From Mobula hypostoma (Eukaryota): a stretch of DNA of 64,000 nucleotides. Shown here piece by piece: positions 1-13,345 of the stretch. Made by a program: the position numbers and the translations under genes. The stretch spans positions 17,980,001 to 18,044,000 of the forward strand of contig NC_086097.1 in assembly GCF_963921235.1 (NCBI RefSeq), in the 5' to 3' direction. Position 1 is the first letter of the stretch; each line of letters starts with the position of its first letter. The notes below the pieces were generated by a model that worked only from the letters and a program-made list of their open reading frames with translations, ran no database searches and was not told the origin of the DNA.

Positions 1-1109
1 CGCAGACCATTGGCGGTTGGCAGCGTTGTCTGCTTATGATTTCAAGCTGAAGTACTGGCCAGGGAGCCGGAACATCGATGCGGATGCTTTGTCCCAACGG
101 ATGCATGAGGGATTGGACAAAGACGAGGAGTGGGACAGCGTTCCTGCCCCTGGGGGGAAGGCCATGTGTCAGTTTGCGATCGCCGCGAAGGCCAAGGACA
201 AGGTGAGCAGTGAATCAATTGGGGGTTTCTGACAATGCTCTGCCCACTGTTTACTGTAATCTGTCTGCTCTGAGGACCAAACAGTTGCCCGAATTGAGTT
301 CTGAGGAGGTGGCAACTACTCGCGAGATGACCCAGGCATTGACACTATTTGGTACATGGTTAAAAAGGGGGACATGGCTCAGGCGGAGAAGACGAAACAC
401 ATTTTAGTGCCTTCACCACTGAAAGAATGGCCTCGGTTGAAGTTGAAGAACCAAATCCTATAACGGGTCATGTCACCCCCGGACCGACCTCGGCGTTGCC
501 AGCTGGTCCTGCCTGAGAAGTATCGGAAGATTGCGCTCAAGTCACTTCATGATGATTCCAGACATTTGGGGGTGGAGAAGACCTATGGATTGCTGAGAGA
601 CTGGTTTTACTGGCCCGAATGAAGTTGGAGGTTGAGGAATACTGCAAGTCTTGCATTCGTTGCATACGGCGGAAGACACTGCCTACACGGACAGCTCCTT
701 TGTCCCACTTGCAGAGTGCAGGGCCCCTGGACCTGGTGTGTATGGATTTCCTGTCCATAGAACCAGATGCCAGCAATACGGCGAATGCCTTAGTCATCAC
801 GGACCACTACACCCGATATGCTCAGGTTTTTCCTACCAAGGACCAAAGGGTGACTACGGTGGCAGAAGTGTTATGGGAGAAGTATTTTGTTCATTACGGC
901 CTTCGCAGGCGGATACATAGTGACCAGGGATGGGACTTCGAGAGCAGGCTCATTTATGAGTTACTGGGCATGCTGGGAGTTGAGAAATCGAGGACCACGC
1001 CCTATCACCCGCAGGCTGATCCCCAGTCTGAGAGGTTTAATTGGACCCTACTAGACATGCTCGGGACCCTGGAGATCAGCAGGAAGAGCAGGTGGAGTCA
1101 ACATATTGG

Positions 1110-1732
1110 CGGGAGGAGAAGATGGCAGCGTGCCGCGTGTGCGCAGCTCTCCGGTGAAAAATGATGTCATATCTGTTAAATAGGGGCCGTGGACAATTCT
1201 GATTTGATGGAGAATGGACGTGAAATCACAGAGGAACATCTGGAGAAATTTCTGAAACGCCCGTCTGCTGCTGTCGTTACTGAGTGGTCGGGAATCTTTC
1301 GGAGGGTAGGCCTCAAAATCCCCGGCCTTGCCTGCTTTTGGCGGCCGAGAAAGAGGTTGAATCGCTCGGACAGAGATGGCGCTCAGTACTCCGTGTCGGA
1401 GAGCTGATCAGAGCTCGAAGTTTTCTGATGACTCGGAGTCGGATTGTGGTCGGCATAGCAGGGAGAGTTTTTCTTCCCTCTCCCGTCTGCGTGAGATGTG
1501 GGACATTTGAGAAACTTTGAACTTTGCTGTGCTCACGGACTTTCTTCATCAAGTTATGGTATTGTGCACTGTTGTAACTATATGTATAATTATGTGGTTT
1601 TGTCAGTTTTTTCAGTCTTGGTTTGTCCTGTGCTTTGTGATATCACACCGGAGGAAATAATGTATCATTTCTTAATGCATGCATTACTAAATGACAATAA
1701 AAGGGGACTACGTGTCTTCATAATCTATCATT
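1110..1732 (+). mobile_element. Non-coding, non-autonomous retroposon inserted in the Gypsy integrase
   Basis: 7-bp TSD ATATTGG at 1103-1109 and 1733-1739; removing it restores ...SQHIGYLVHCYNCTRNDATGYSPY...; homologous to 7276-7953. Confidence 0.8.
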
Positions 1733-2807
1733 ATATTGGGTATTTGGTTCACTGTTACAACTGTACACGAAATGATGCTACTGGGTACTCGCCCTATTAT
1801 CTGATGTTTGGACGCAAGGCGAGGATGTCCATTGACCTTTATTTTGGGACTGATGCGGGTGACTTACCAATGAAGCTTTATCTGAAGTATGTGTCTGATA
1901 TAAGGAAAGAGCTGAAAAGAGCGTACAAGTTGGCTGGGGTGGCAGCCACCAAGCAGAATCGGGGAAATAAGAGGAGGCTGGGGTGGCGCCCAACTAGTAC
2001 CAGGAGACAGAGTCCTTGTACGGAATTTGGGAGTACGGGGAAAGCACAAGTTGGCTGATCGCTGGGCGGCCACACCCTATGTGGTGGAGAATCAGATGCC
2101 GAACCTACCGGTTTTCCAGGTGAGGCCTGAGGAGGGAAAGGGGCCTGTCAAGATTCTTCATCAGAACCACCTGTTGCCCCTGGGACAGGAGGAGCAGGTA
2201 GACCGAGAGCACGACTTGGAGCCTACACCTAGTACGAGGAATCTGCGGAACGACAGGGTGATGGATGAGCCCATCGCGGAAGAGACTGGGCTGGGACCAG
2301 TCCCGGAGAGGGATATTGATTCAGAGAATGATGATTTGGATGTGTGGTATATGCTGCCGTTCGCTAACTCCGCCGTGATGGAGAAAGTGACTCCTGACCC
2401 TTCTCCCACTGAGTCAGGTGAGACGAAGGGGGCTATTGGTGTGCAGCCTGGGGTACAGCACGGCTCTGAGGGAGAGGAGGTGGGGCCTGAACATGATACA
2501 GGGGGGTCCAAGTTGCCAAGGGGCTTGAGTGATAGCTAGTGGGAGGTTTTGCCTTTTAGGCCCAAAGAGTCTCCAGTAGTATCTGAGCCGGAAGAGTCAT
2601 GAGAGGAGGTACGGAGGTCTCAGAGAATTAGGAACCCCCCCGGATAGGTTGGCCTCTGTAGCGCCTGGGGAACAGGGTGTGATCTCTACTGTCTTGGGGA
2701 GTTATGTCACTGCTTTCTCCACCTGGATTGGGCTCTGTGTTTTGCAGGAAGGGTTGGCGAATTATCTTAATGCCATGAGGGCATGACTAAATTTGGTGGG
2801 GGGAGAG

Positions 2808-3368
2808 TGTAAAGGGGTTCTCTGTAGTGCTAACTGCTGAGGTAATGGGTTTTTCTGGTAGCTGCGATGTTTGGGTTATAACTACAGATAACGGGGAACT
2901 AACCAATGGGGGGACATGTTATTCTCTCTTGTATGTCTGGGAACCGAGCTCGTTCGCAGGCTTTTCGTCGAGGAGAGGAGAAGAGGAAGAACACGCTCGG
3001 AGCACTCTGGTAGACCACCGGGGGTTGATTCCAGCTGAGGGTCGTCAGAGTTCGGAGGAGATCGATTGGTGGAAAGGAGACCTGGTTCCGTGAGCTCCAG
3101 TGAATGTATTTGTGCACAGACTGTTTAAAACCAAATCTAAGTGGCGCCCTTTTCTTTTATATTTTGTTTCTCTACTAACCACATAGTCACAGTAAGATTT
3201 ATAAAGTGTAATTATTTAATCGCTTATTGTGTACTGTCTGTTTTTTGCATTGTGGGTCTGTACTGGGGTACATTACACAGTATCCACACAAACTTGATTA
3301 CACAGTTTGGTGGGGTTGAAGGCCGCTTCCCCTAGACGAACATGAGCTGAGCGAGTCTGAGGCTTACT
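2808..3368 (+). repeat. Gypsy 3' LTR
   Basis: Starts TGTAAAG directly after the PPT and ends CTTAC(T); CR1 sequence follows. Confidence 0.7.
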
Positions 3369-5991
3369 AGTCGATTGGGAAAATCAGGTTCATAATGAAT
3401 TTCATGAGTGTAAGCCTGTTAAATGCCTACGAGATGGTTTTTTTAGAGCGGTTTATCATTAACCCTATTAATGGATCAGCTATACTGGATTGGTTGTTAT
3501 GTAATAGAAACGTAGAAAACCTACAGCAAAATACAGGCCCTTCGGCCCACAAAGCAGTGCCAAACATGTCTTTACCTTAGAAATTACCTGAGGTTTCCCA
3601 TAGCCCTCTATTTTTCTGAGCTTCATGTACCTGTACAGGACATATCTTAAAAGACCCTATCGTATCGGCCTCCACCACTGTCGCCGGCAGCCCATTCCAT
3701 GCACTCACCACTCTCTGCATAAAAAAAACTTACCCCTGACATCTCCTCTGTACCTATGGACCAGAGGCAATTAGGGAGCTTAAGTTAAAGGAACCTTTAG
3801 GAGTTGGTGGTTACAATATGATTCAGTTCAACTTGCAATTTGATAGGGAGAAAGTAAAGTCTGATGTAGCAGAATTTCAGTGAAGTAAAGGAAATTACAA
3901 TGGTATGAGAGAGGAAATGGCCAAAGTAAACTGGAAGAAGCTACTGGCAGGGATGACAGTAGAACAGCAATGGCCTGAGTGTCTGAGGAAAAATGAGAAA
4001 GGTACAAGGTAGACGTACTCCAAAAATAAAGGAATACTCAAATGGGAAAATAGTACAACCATGGTGGACAAGAGAGGGCATACAACAAAAATCAGCAGGA
4101 AGACAGAGGATTGCAAAGCTTTTAAAAACCTACAGAAAGCAACTTAAAGAATTATTAGGAGGGAAATGTTGAAATATGAAAACAAGCTAGCAAACAATAT
4201 TGAAGTGGATAGTAAAAGTTTTTCAAGTATGTAAAAATTAAAAGAGAGTTGAGAGTGGATATAGGACTGCTAGAAAATGAAGCCGGAGAAATAATAGCGA
4301 AGGACAAAGAGATGGCAGATGAACTAAATTAGTATTTTGCATCAGTCTTCACTGTGGAAGCCAATAGCAGTGTGACTGATGTTGAAGGGTGTGAGAGAAA
4401 AGAGGTCAGTGCGGTTACTATTACAAGGGAGAAGATGTTCAAAAGCTGGAAGATCTAAAGGTACATAAGTCAACTGGAACAGATGAACTGCACCCTAGGG
4501 TTCTGAAAGAAGTAGAGGTAGAGATTGTGGAGACATTAGTAATGATCTTTCAAAAGTCATTGGACTCTGGCAGGGTGCCAGATGACTGGAAAATTGCAAA
4601 TATCACTCCACTCTTGAAGAAAGGAGGGAGGCAGCAGAAAGGAAATTATAGACCAGTTAGCTTCACCTCAGTGGTTGGGAAGATGTTGGAGTCAATTTTT
4701 AATGATGACATTATGGAGTACTTGGTGACTCAGGACAAGATAGGACAAAGACAACATGGTTTCCTTAAGGGAAAATCTTGTCTGACAAGCCCGTTGGAAG
4801 TCTTTGTGGAGATTAAAAGTAGAATAGATAAAGGGGATGCAGTGGATGTTGTATATTTGGGCTTTCAGAGGCCTTTGACAAGGTGCTACACATGAGGCTG
4901 CTTACTAAGTTAAGAGCCCATACTAGTACAGTAAAGTTATTAACATGAATACTGCATTGGCTGATTGGTAGGAGGCAACGAGTGGAAATAGAAGGATCCT
5001 TTTCTGGTTGGCTCCCAGTGACTAGTGGTGTTCTGCATTTCTTTTTATGCTGTATATCAATGACTTAGATGATGGAATAAATGGCTTTGTTGCCAAGTTT
5101 GCATATGATACAAAGATTGGTGGAGGGGCAGGTAGTGTTGAAGAAACAGGTAGGATGCAGAGGAGCTTGGATTAAGAGAAAGGGCAAGAAAGTGGCAAAT
5201 GAAATACAATGCTGGAAAATGCAATGTCATGCGCTTTGGTAGTAGAAATAAATGTGCAGACTATTTTCTAGATGGGGAGAAAATCTAAAAGTCGGAAATG
5301 CAAAGGGACTTGGGAGTCCTTGTGCAGAACATCCTAATGATTAACTTGCAGGCTGAGTCAGTGGTGAGAGAGGCGAATACAATGTCAGCATTTATTTCAA
5401 GGGATCTAGAATACAAGAGCACGGATGTGATGCTGAGGCTTTAAAAGGCACTGGTGAGGTCTCTCCTTATTGTGAACAGAGAAAATATGTGCTGGCATTG
5501 GAGAGGGTGCAGAGAAGGTTCACAGGGATGATTCTGGGAGTGAAAGAGTTATCATGTGAGAAACATTTAGCTGCTCTGGGTCTGTACTCGCTGGAATTTA
5601 GAAGGATGAGGGAGGTTCTCATTGACACCTTTCGAATGTTGAAAGTCCTAGACAGAGTAGATGTGCAAAGGATGTTTCCCATGGTGGGGAGTCTAGCACA
5701 GGAGGGCACAGCCTCAGGATAGAGGGGCGTCCATTTAAAACAGAGATGCAGAGAAATTTCTTTAGCCAGAGGGTGGTGAATTTGTGGAATTCGTTACCAC
5801 AGGCAACTGTGGAGGCCAGGTTGTTGGGAGTATTTAAAGCAGAGCCTGATAGGTTCTTGACTGGCCATGGTATCAAAGCTGATGGGGAGAAGGCCAGGGA
5901 GTGGAGCTGAGCAGGGGAGAAAATGATCAGCCATGGTTGAATGGCAGAGCAGACTTGGTGGCCCAAATGGCCTAATATGGTCTTATGATCT
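3369..5991 (+). mobile_element. CR1 LINE ORF2 + 3' UTR, degenerate; nested minus-strand CR1-type 3' end at ~3503-3755
   Basis: [51 protein letters not shown] fragments. Confidence 0.88.
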
Positions 5992-6329
5992 AGGTGGTTC
6001 AACTTAACTACTACTATCATGTTTTACTCTGTGTTCTAACACAATGAACGTCAATGCTGATGCTTTTTTTTTGCTGGTGGGGGGAGGGGGTATTGTTGCT
6101 TGCTGCCGCCTACGCACAGGAGGGAGTACAGCTGGGGGTTGACTTTGGGGTCTTTCATTCTTTGGGGACACTCTTCTGTTTTTGTGGATGGTTGCAAAAA
6201 AAGCATTTCTCTGACTTTAAATGCACCTTTGAAACCTTTGATTGAGTAGAAAAGGTAGTGACTGGCAACAGGTTGAAGCTTTGCGCAGCCCCCAATTAGC
6301 ATTGAGGATTGATTGGTGAACAGATTAAG

Positions 6330-8408
6330 TAGAGCGCCCAGTGTAGCAGCCACTATCAGAGTGGGCAGAGTTAGTGAGGGGATTTTGTGGCTTTAGATCT
6401 TCGAGGCTTCAATGAGGAGTGACTTCAGTCACAGAAGACAAAATAGCCGCAGGTACATTCCCCCCCCCCACCCCACCCCACCCCCCCCCACAGATTATTG
6501 TTCTTCCTTTTTTATATTTGCTCAGTTAGAACAGTAGAAATAGGATATCCAGCCAGGCAGGAATTCTCCTCTTGCGGGATGTGGGAGGGCAGGGAGACCT
6601 CCAATGTCTATGACAGCTACGCCTGAGAGAAGTGCACCCAGCTGCAACTTCTAACTCTCCATGTTAAGGAGTTGAAACTGGAACTGCGTGAACTCTCCGG
6701 AGGCTGAGGGGGTGATAAATAGGACACAGGAAGGTGCAGGACACAGGAAACTGGGTAACATTCAGGAAGGGGAAAGGGGTTAAACAGCCACTGCAAAGTA
6801 CTCCTATTGCCATCCCCTTCAACAACAGGTATACCACTCTAGATACTGTTGGGGGAGGGTGGAGGGGTAGAAGAGGAAAGTCACAGTGGTCAGGTCTCTG
6901 GCACCGAGTCTGAATCTGCGACTCAGAAGGGAAGGGGGAAGAAGAGGCAAGCTGTTGTGATAGGGGATTTGTTAGGGGAACAGAAAGGAAGTTCTGTGGA
7001 TGAGAACAAGATTGCCAGATGGTATGTTGCCTCTCAGTGCCAGGGTCCAGGACTTCTTGAATGGAGTCCTCAGCATTTTTAATTGGAGGGTGAACAGCCA
7101 GAGTCCATGTAGGTACCAGTGACATAGTTAGGAAGAGTAACAAGGTTCTGCATAGGGAGTTCAGGGAGTTAGATGCTGTTAAAGGGTAGGACCTCCAAGG
7201 TTGTGATCTCACGATTGCTACCCATGCCACGTGCTAGTGAGGCCAGAAGTAGGAATATTAGGAATATTGTACAGGAGGAGGAGAAGATGGCGGCACAACG
7301 CAGCTTGCGCGGCCTCTCCGGTGAATGATATCTGTAATCTGTCAAGTAGGGTGCCGTGCACAATCCTGATTTGATGGAGACAGATGTGAGAGAACAGAAG
7401 AACATCTGGAGAAACTTCTGAAATGCCTTTTTCGCTGCCGCTGCTACTGTGTGGTCCAGAATCTCCGGAGGGGAAGGCCCCGAGTCCTCGGCTTTGCTTG
7501 TTGCTCGGCGGTCGGGACGGGGTCAAAGCGCTCAGCAGGGATGGTGCTCAGTGCTCGGTGTCGAAGGGCTGGTCGGAGGCTCGAAGTTTTCAGACGGTCT
7601 CAGAGTCGGCTGTGGTCCGGTGCTTCCAATGCATCGGCAGTTGTCGGTGCCTGGAGGATTATGGCAGGAAGAGTTTCTCCCTTTTGCCGCCTGCTATCGG
7701 GGACTATCAGGAGTCGATCGGAACTTTGAGACTTTATCTTTACCATGCCCATAGTCTGCTCTTTATCAAATTATTGGTATTGCTCTGCACTGCTGTTACT
7801 TTATGTTATAATTATGTGGTCTTGACAGTGTTACTCTTTGGTTTGTCCTGTTTTTTTGTGATATCACTCTGGAGGAACATTGTATCATTTTTTTAATGCA
7901 TGCATGCATTAAGAAATGACAATAAATGAGGACTGAGTGTCCTCATAATCTAAATAATACATGGCTAAGGAGCTGGTGTAGGAGGGAGGGCATAAGATAT
8001 TAGGATTAGTGGACTCTCTTCCACGGAAGGTGGGACCTGCACAGAAGATACAGCTTGCATCTAAACTGGATGGGACTAATATCCTGGCAGGAATGTTTAC
8101 TAGTGCTACATGGTGGGGTTTAAACTAGTGTTTCAGGGGAATGGGAACCAGTGTGCCAGAACAGTTAGAGGGGAGGTTGTGAAGACATGTTGTTAAGTCC
8201 TCAGGCAAAGTCAGGAGCCAAAAGGTGAGTATGGCGAGACTAATGTCCTGAGCTGCATATATTTCAATGCAAGGAGTATTGCAGGAAAGGCAGATGAGAT
8301 CAATGCATGCATCAACACCTGGAATTATGACATTGTGAGACTTGGCTGCAGGAAGCGCAGGACTGGCAGCTCAATATTCTGCGGTGCCGTTGTTTTAGAG
8401 GCGACAGA
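6330..8408 (+). mobile_element. CR1 LINE 5' region (ORF1 zinc-finger/esterase remnants, start of APE domain), degenerate
   Basis: AVVIGD, VHVGT-D-like and VVISRLLP esterase motifs; YFNARS APE start near 8260. Confidence 0.7.
7276..7953 (+). mobile_element. Second copy of the same non-autonomous retroposon, inserted in CR1 ORF1
   Basis: Shared 5' GAGGAGAAGATGGC...CTCTCCGGTGAA head and 3' AATAAA-GAGGACTGAGTGTCCTC-ATAATCT tail. Confidence 0.8.
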
Positions 8409-8410
8409 TG

Positions 8411-11400
8411 TCACCCCTGAACAATAAGCACTCCATTTTGAGTACTGTTGGTGGGGTGGGGGGGGGGGGGGGGAGGGAGGCGGTGGGGAATAACCTGCCT
8501 GGGTGAAGCAACAGCAGTCGTGCCTCTGGCACTGAGTCTGGCCCTGTGGCTCAGAAGGGTAGGTAACTGAAGAGGATGGCAGCAGTAATAGGGGACTCTA
8601 TAGTTAGGACAGGCAGTTCTGTGGATGTGAAAAAGAAATACAGATGGTAGTTTGCCTCCCACTTGCCAGGGTCCGTGAGGGTTCTGAACACATCTGCAAT
8701 ATCCTGTAATGGGAGAGTGAGCAGCCAGAGGTCGTGGTACATATTGGTACCAACGACCGAGGAAGAAAAAGGAAGGAGGTTCGGAAAACAGAATACAGGA
8801 AGTCAGGAAGGAAACTGAGAAGCAGGACCTCAAGGGTAGTAATCCCGGGATTGCTGCCTGTGCCACGCAACAGTGAGGATAGGAATGGAATGAGATGGCA
8901 GATAAATGTGTGGCTGAAGAATTGGAGCAGGGAGCAGAGATTCAGATTTCTGGATCACTGGGACCTCTTCTGGGGCAGGTGTGGCCTGAATAAAAGGGAA
9001 GGGTTGCACTTGAATCTGAGGGGAAGCAATCTCCTTGCTGGCAGGTCTGAAAGAGCTGTTGGGGGTGGTTTAAACTAATATGGCAGGGGGATGGGAACCA
9101 GTAAGATAGAGATGAAGTTTACAAATAGATGATGGGTGTAGTATGAATTTAAGGAGGGAGAAGCCAATGATTGGGCACAAATGCAGACAGAGCAAAAAGT
9201 TAAATTGCACCACAGATACAAAATTCAAAAAGGGAAAAGAATGCAGAATAAGGTGGACGAACTCAGGGTGCAATTAGAGATTGGTCAGTATGATGTTGTG
9301 GGCATCACTGAGTCATGGCTAAAAAAAAAAGGGTCATAGTTGGGAGCTTAATAAACTTATTATCAAAGGATATACTTTTTATCGAAAGGACAGGCAGGAA
9401 GGCATTGGTGGTGGTGTAGTTCTGTTGGTAAGAAATGGAATTACATCTTTAGAAAGAGGTGACATATGGTCAGAGAATGTCGAATCTTTGTGGGTGGAGT
9501 TAAGAAACTGCAGAGGTAACAAAAACTTCATGGGAGTCACATATAGGTCTCCAAATAGTAGCCAAGTTGTGGGGTGGAGATTTCAAAGGGAGCTGGAAAG
9601 AGCATATAAGGGTCATGTCACAATTGTGATTGGGGACTTCAATATGCAAGGGGATTGGGAAAATCAGGTTGGTGTCCAATCACAAGAGAGGGGATTTGTT
9701 GAATCCACATATGATGGCTTTTTACAGCAGCTTGTGCTTGATCCTAAACAGGGAAAGGCTATCTTGAGTTGAGTGTTGTGCAAAAATCCAGATTTTATTA
9801 GGGAGCTTAAGGTAAAGGAACCCTTCGGATACAGTGATCATATGACTGAATTCATACTGCAGTTTGAGAGGGAGAGGCATAAGTCAGATTTATCAGTATT
9901 GCAATGGAATAAAATGAATTACAGAGGTATGAGAGAGGAGCTTTCCCAGGTGGATTGGAGGAGGATGCTGGCGGGGATGACGACAGAGCAGAGGTAGCTG
10001 AAGTTTCTGGGAATAGTTCACAAGGTGCAGCATAGAAATGTCCCACAGAAGTTCTCAAATTGCAGGGGTAGGCAATTATGGCTGATAAAGGAAGTTAAGG
10101 ACTGCATAAAAGCAAAGGGAAGGGAATATAATGCAGCAAAAGTGAGTGGTAATTTGGATGATTGGGATGTTTTTAAAATCCAATAACAGACAATGAAAAA
10201 ACTATAAGAACAGAAAAGATTGAAATATGAGGGCAAACTAGCCAGTAATATAAAGCAGGATACTAAAAGTTTTTTTCAGTTCTATGAAGAGTGGGGGGGG
10301 GGTGAAAGTTGATATTGGACCACTGGAAAATGATGTTGGTGAGGTAGTAATGGGAGACAAAGAAATGGTGGTTGAACTTAATAAGTACTTTGCATCAATC
10401 TTCCACTGTGGAAGACACTAGCAGTGTGCCAGGGAGCAGGAGGAGTGCCATTGCTTTTAGAAGGGGAAAAGTGCCTGGAAAACTGAAAGGTTTTAAGGTG
10501 GATAATTCACCTGGACCAGATGAACTACATCCCAGAGTTCTGAAAGAGGTTGCTGAAGAGACAGGATCTTTCAAGAATCACTTGATTCTAGCATGGTTTC
10601 AGAGGACTGAAAAATTGCAAATGTCACTCCAGTCTTTAAGAAGCGAGGAAGGCAAAAAAAAAAGGAAAATGTTTGACGGTTAGACTAACCTCAGTGTTTG
10701 GGAAAGTGATAGAGTCCATTATTAAAGATGAAGTTTCAGGGTATTTAGAGACTAATGATAAAATAAGTCAAAGTCAGCATGGTTTCTGTAAAGGGAAATC
10801 TTGCCTCACAAATCTGTTTTGAGTTCTTCTAGGAAATAACAAGCAGTGTGAACAGAGAGGTGGTGGATGTCATTTACTTGGATTTTTAGGCCTTTGACAA
10901 GGTGCCATACATGAGGCCACTGAACAAGATAAAATTCCATGGGACTACAGGAAAGATATTGGCATGGATAGAAGAATAGCTGACAGGCAGGAGGCAACCA
11001 GTAGTAATAAAGGGGTCTTTTCTGTTTGGCTACTGGAGACTAGTGGTTTTCCTCAGGGATCAGCATTGGGACTGCTACTTTTCACATTGTTAGTCAGTGA
11101 TTTAGATAATGGAATGAATGGCTTTGTGGCAAAGTTTGTGAATGATACAAAGATAGGTGGAGGGGCAGGTAGTGTCGAGGAAGCATTGGGATTGCAGAAG
11201 GATTTAGACAAAATGGAAGAATGGGCAAAACAGTGACAGAAGGAATACTGTGTTGGGAAATGTATGATAAGGCATTTTGGTAAAAGGAACAATGTGCGGC
11301 CTATTGTCTAATTGGAGAGAAAATTCAAACATCTGAGGTGCAGAGGAACTTAGGAGTCCCCATGCAAGACTCTTAGGTGCTTAATTTACAAGTTGAGTTT

Positions 11401-12013
11401 GTGGTAAAGAAGGCAAATGCAAGGTTGGTATTCATTTCAAGGGGAATAGAATATAAAATAATGCTGACGCTTTATAAGACACTAGTCAGGCTGCACTTGG
11501 AGTATTGTCAACAGTTTTGGAGCTCATATCTCAGAAGGGATGTGTTGTCATTGGAGAGAGTTCAGAGGAGGTTCACAAGAATGATTCCGGAAATGAAAGG
11601 TTTAACATGTGAAGTGTTTAGCAGCTTTGGGCCAATACTCACTGGAATTTAGCAGAATGCAGGGGGATCTCATTGAAACCTACTGACTGCTGAAAGGACT
11701 AGATAGGGTGGATGTGGAGAGGATGTTTCCTTTGTTGGGTTTGTCCAGAACTAAAGGGCACAGCCTCAAAATTGAGGGGAAACCTTTAGAACAGAGGTAT
11801 GGAGGAATTAGCCAGCGTGGTGAATCAGTGGAATGCCCTGTCACAGACAGTTGTGGAGGCCAAGACCATGGGTATATTTAGAGCAAAAATTGATAGTTTC
11901 CCAATTGGTCAGGGCATCAAAAGTTATGGCCAAATGACAGGTGTATGGGGTTGAGAGAGATCAGGGTTAGCTATGATGGAATGGCCTAATTCAGCTCCTA
12001 TGCCTTATGGTCT
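8411..12013 (+). mobile_element. CR1 LINE (ORF1 SGNH esterase + ORF2 APE/RT), degenerate
   Basis: VHIGTND..VVIPGLLPVP..GLHLN; IGDFN; [14 protein letters not shown]; PQGSALG; KFVNDTKIGG; 3' tail ccttatggtct. Confidence 0.88.
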
Positions 12014-13345
12014 AAAAATAAACCAGGAAATTATTGGCCAGTGAACCTGACATCAGTGGTGGGAAAGTTTTCAGAAGGTATCTGAGGAAAAGGTATTTAA
12101 TTATTTGGATAAACAAGTGCTGATTAAGGATAGTCAGGGTGGCTTTGTGTGTGGTAGGTCATGTCTAACCAATCTTGCAGAGTTTTTCGAGGAAGTTACC
12201 AGGAAAGTTGATGAAGGCAAGGCAGTGGATGTTCTCTACAAGGATTTTAGTAAGACATTCGACAAGGTCCTGCATGGGAGGTTGGTCAAAAAGGTTCAGT
12301 TGCTCAGCATTCAAGATGAGGTAGTGAACTGGATTAGACATTGGCTTTGTGGGAGAAGCCAGAGAGTGGTAGTAGATGGTGTCTATCTGACTGGAGGCAT
12401 CTGACTAGAGGAGTGCTGTAGGGATAAGTGCTGGGTCCATTGTTGTTTGACACATATATCAATGATCTCAATGATATGATTAGCTGGATCAGCAAATTTG
12501 TGGATGCCACATAGATTGGGGGTATAGTGGACAACAAGGCTATCATGGTTTGCAGCAGGATCTGGACCAGCTGGGAAAAAAAGGACTGAAAAACAGCAGA
12601 TGCAATTTAATGCAGACAAATGTAAGGTATTGCACTTTAGTAGCACCATTCAGGGTAGGTCCTTACACTGTGAATAGGTCACTAGCGAGTGTGGTAGAAC
12701 AAAGGAATCTGGGAATACAGATCCATAATTTGTTGAAAATGGCATCACAGGTAGATAAAGAAGTGTTGAAAAGGTAATTGTTCACATACTGTGTGTTATA
12801 TAATGAAGAATTAGGGAGCCATTAACCATAATGCAAGAAAGGTATTGGCACATTGGCCTGCATACATCTAAGTACTGAGACCAGGAAATGGGATGTTATG
12901 TTGACATTGGTGAGGCCTAATTTGGAGTATTGTGTGCAGTTTTGATCATCTACTGCCAGGAAAGGTGCAAACAAGGTTGAATAGGTTACATTATTTCTTA
13001 GAATGTAGAAGATTTGATACAGATATACAAAATTATGAGGGGTATGGATGGATTGGTAAATGCAAGCAAGTTTTTTCCCCGGAGGGTAGGTGGGACCACA
13101 ACCAGGGGCCATTGGTTAAAGGTGAAAGGTGAAAAATGTCAGGGGAACATGAGGGAAAAATTCATGCTAGTGGTGCACGTGGGTTTGATTGCAACATTTA
13201 AGAAAATTTGGATAGGTAGATGGATAGTAGGGATACGGAGGGCTATGGTCCAAGTGCAGGTCAATGGGAGTAAGCAGTTTAAATAGCTTGGTACAGACTG
13301 TGTAGACCAAAGGTTCTGTTTCTGTGTACTTTTCTACTATACCAT
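12014..13345 (+). mobile_element. CR1 LINE RT/3' fragment (second subfamily), degenerate
   Basis: GFVCGRSCLTNLAEFFEEVT..VDVLYKDFSKTFDKV. Confidence 0.82.

Larger units (their letters stand above)
1..3368 (+). mobile_element. Ty3/Gypsy LTR retrotransposon, 3' part (end of RNase H, integrase, PPT, 3' LTR), degenerate
   Basis: KYWPGSRNIDADALS (RNase H end), zinc-finger C-x2-C (CKSC), integrase core LVCMDF..DHYTRY..IHSDQG..FES..TTPYHPQ..ERFN; stops and frameshifts; polypurine tract at 2795-2807. Confidence 0.9.

Noticed and set aside
8452-8490. Long G runs (also C/G runs at ~6460, 22384, 29481, 34780) as G-quadruplex elements
   Set aside because: Simple homopolymer expansions, mostly inside decayed repeats and error-prone in sequencing; no evidence of function.
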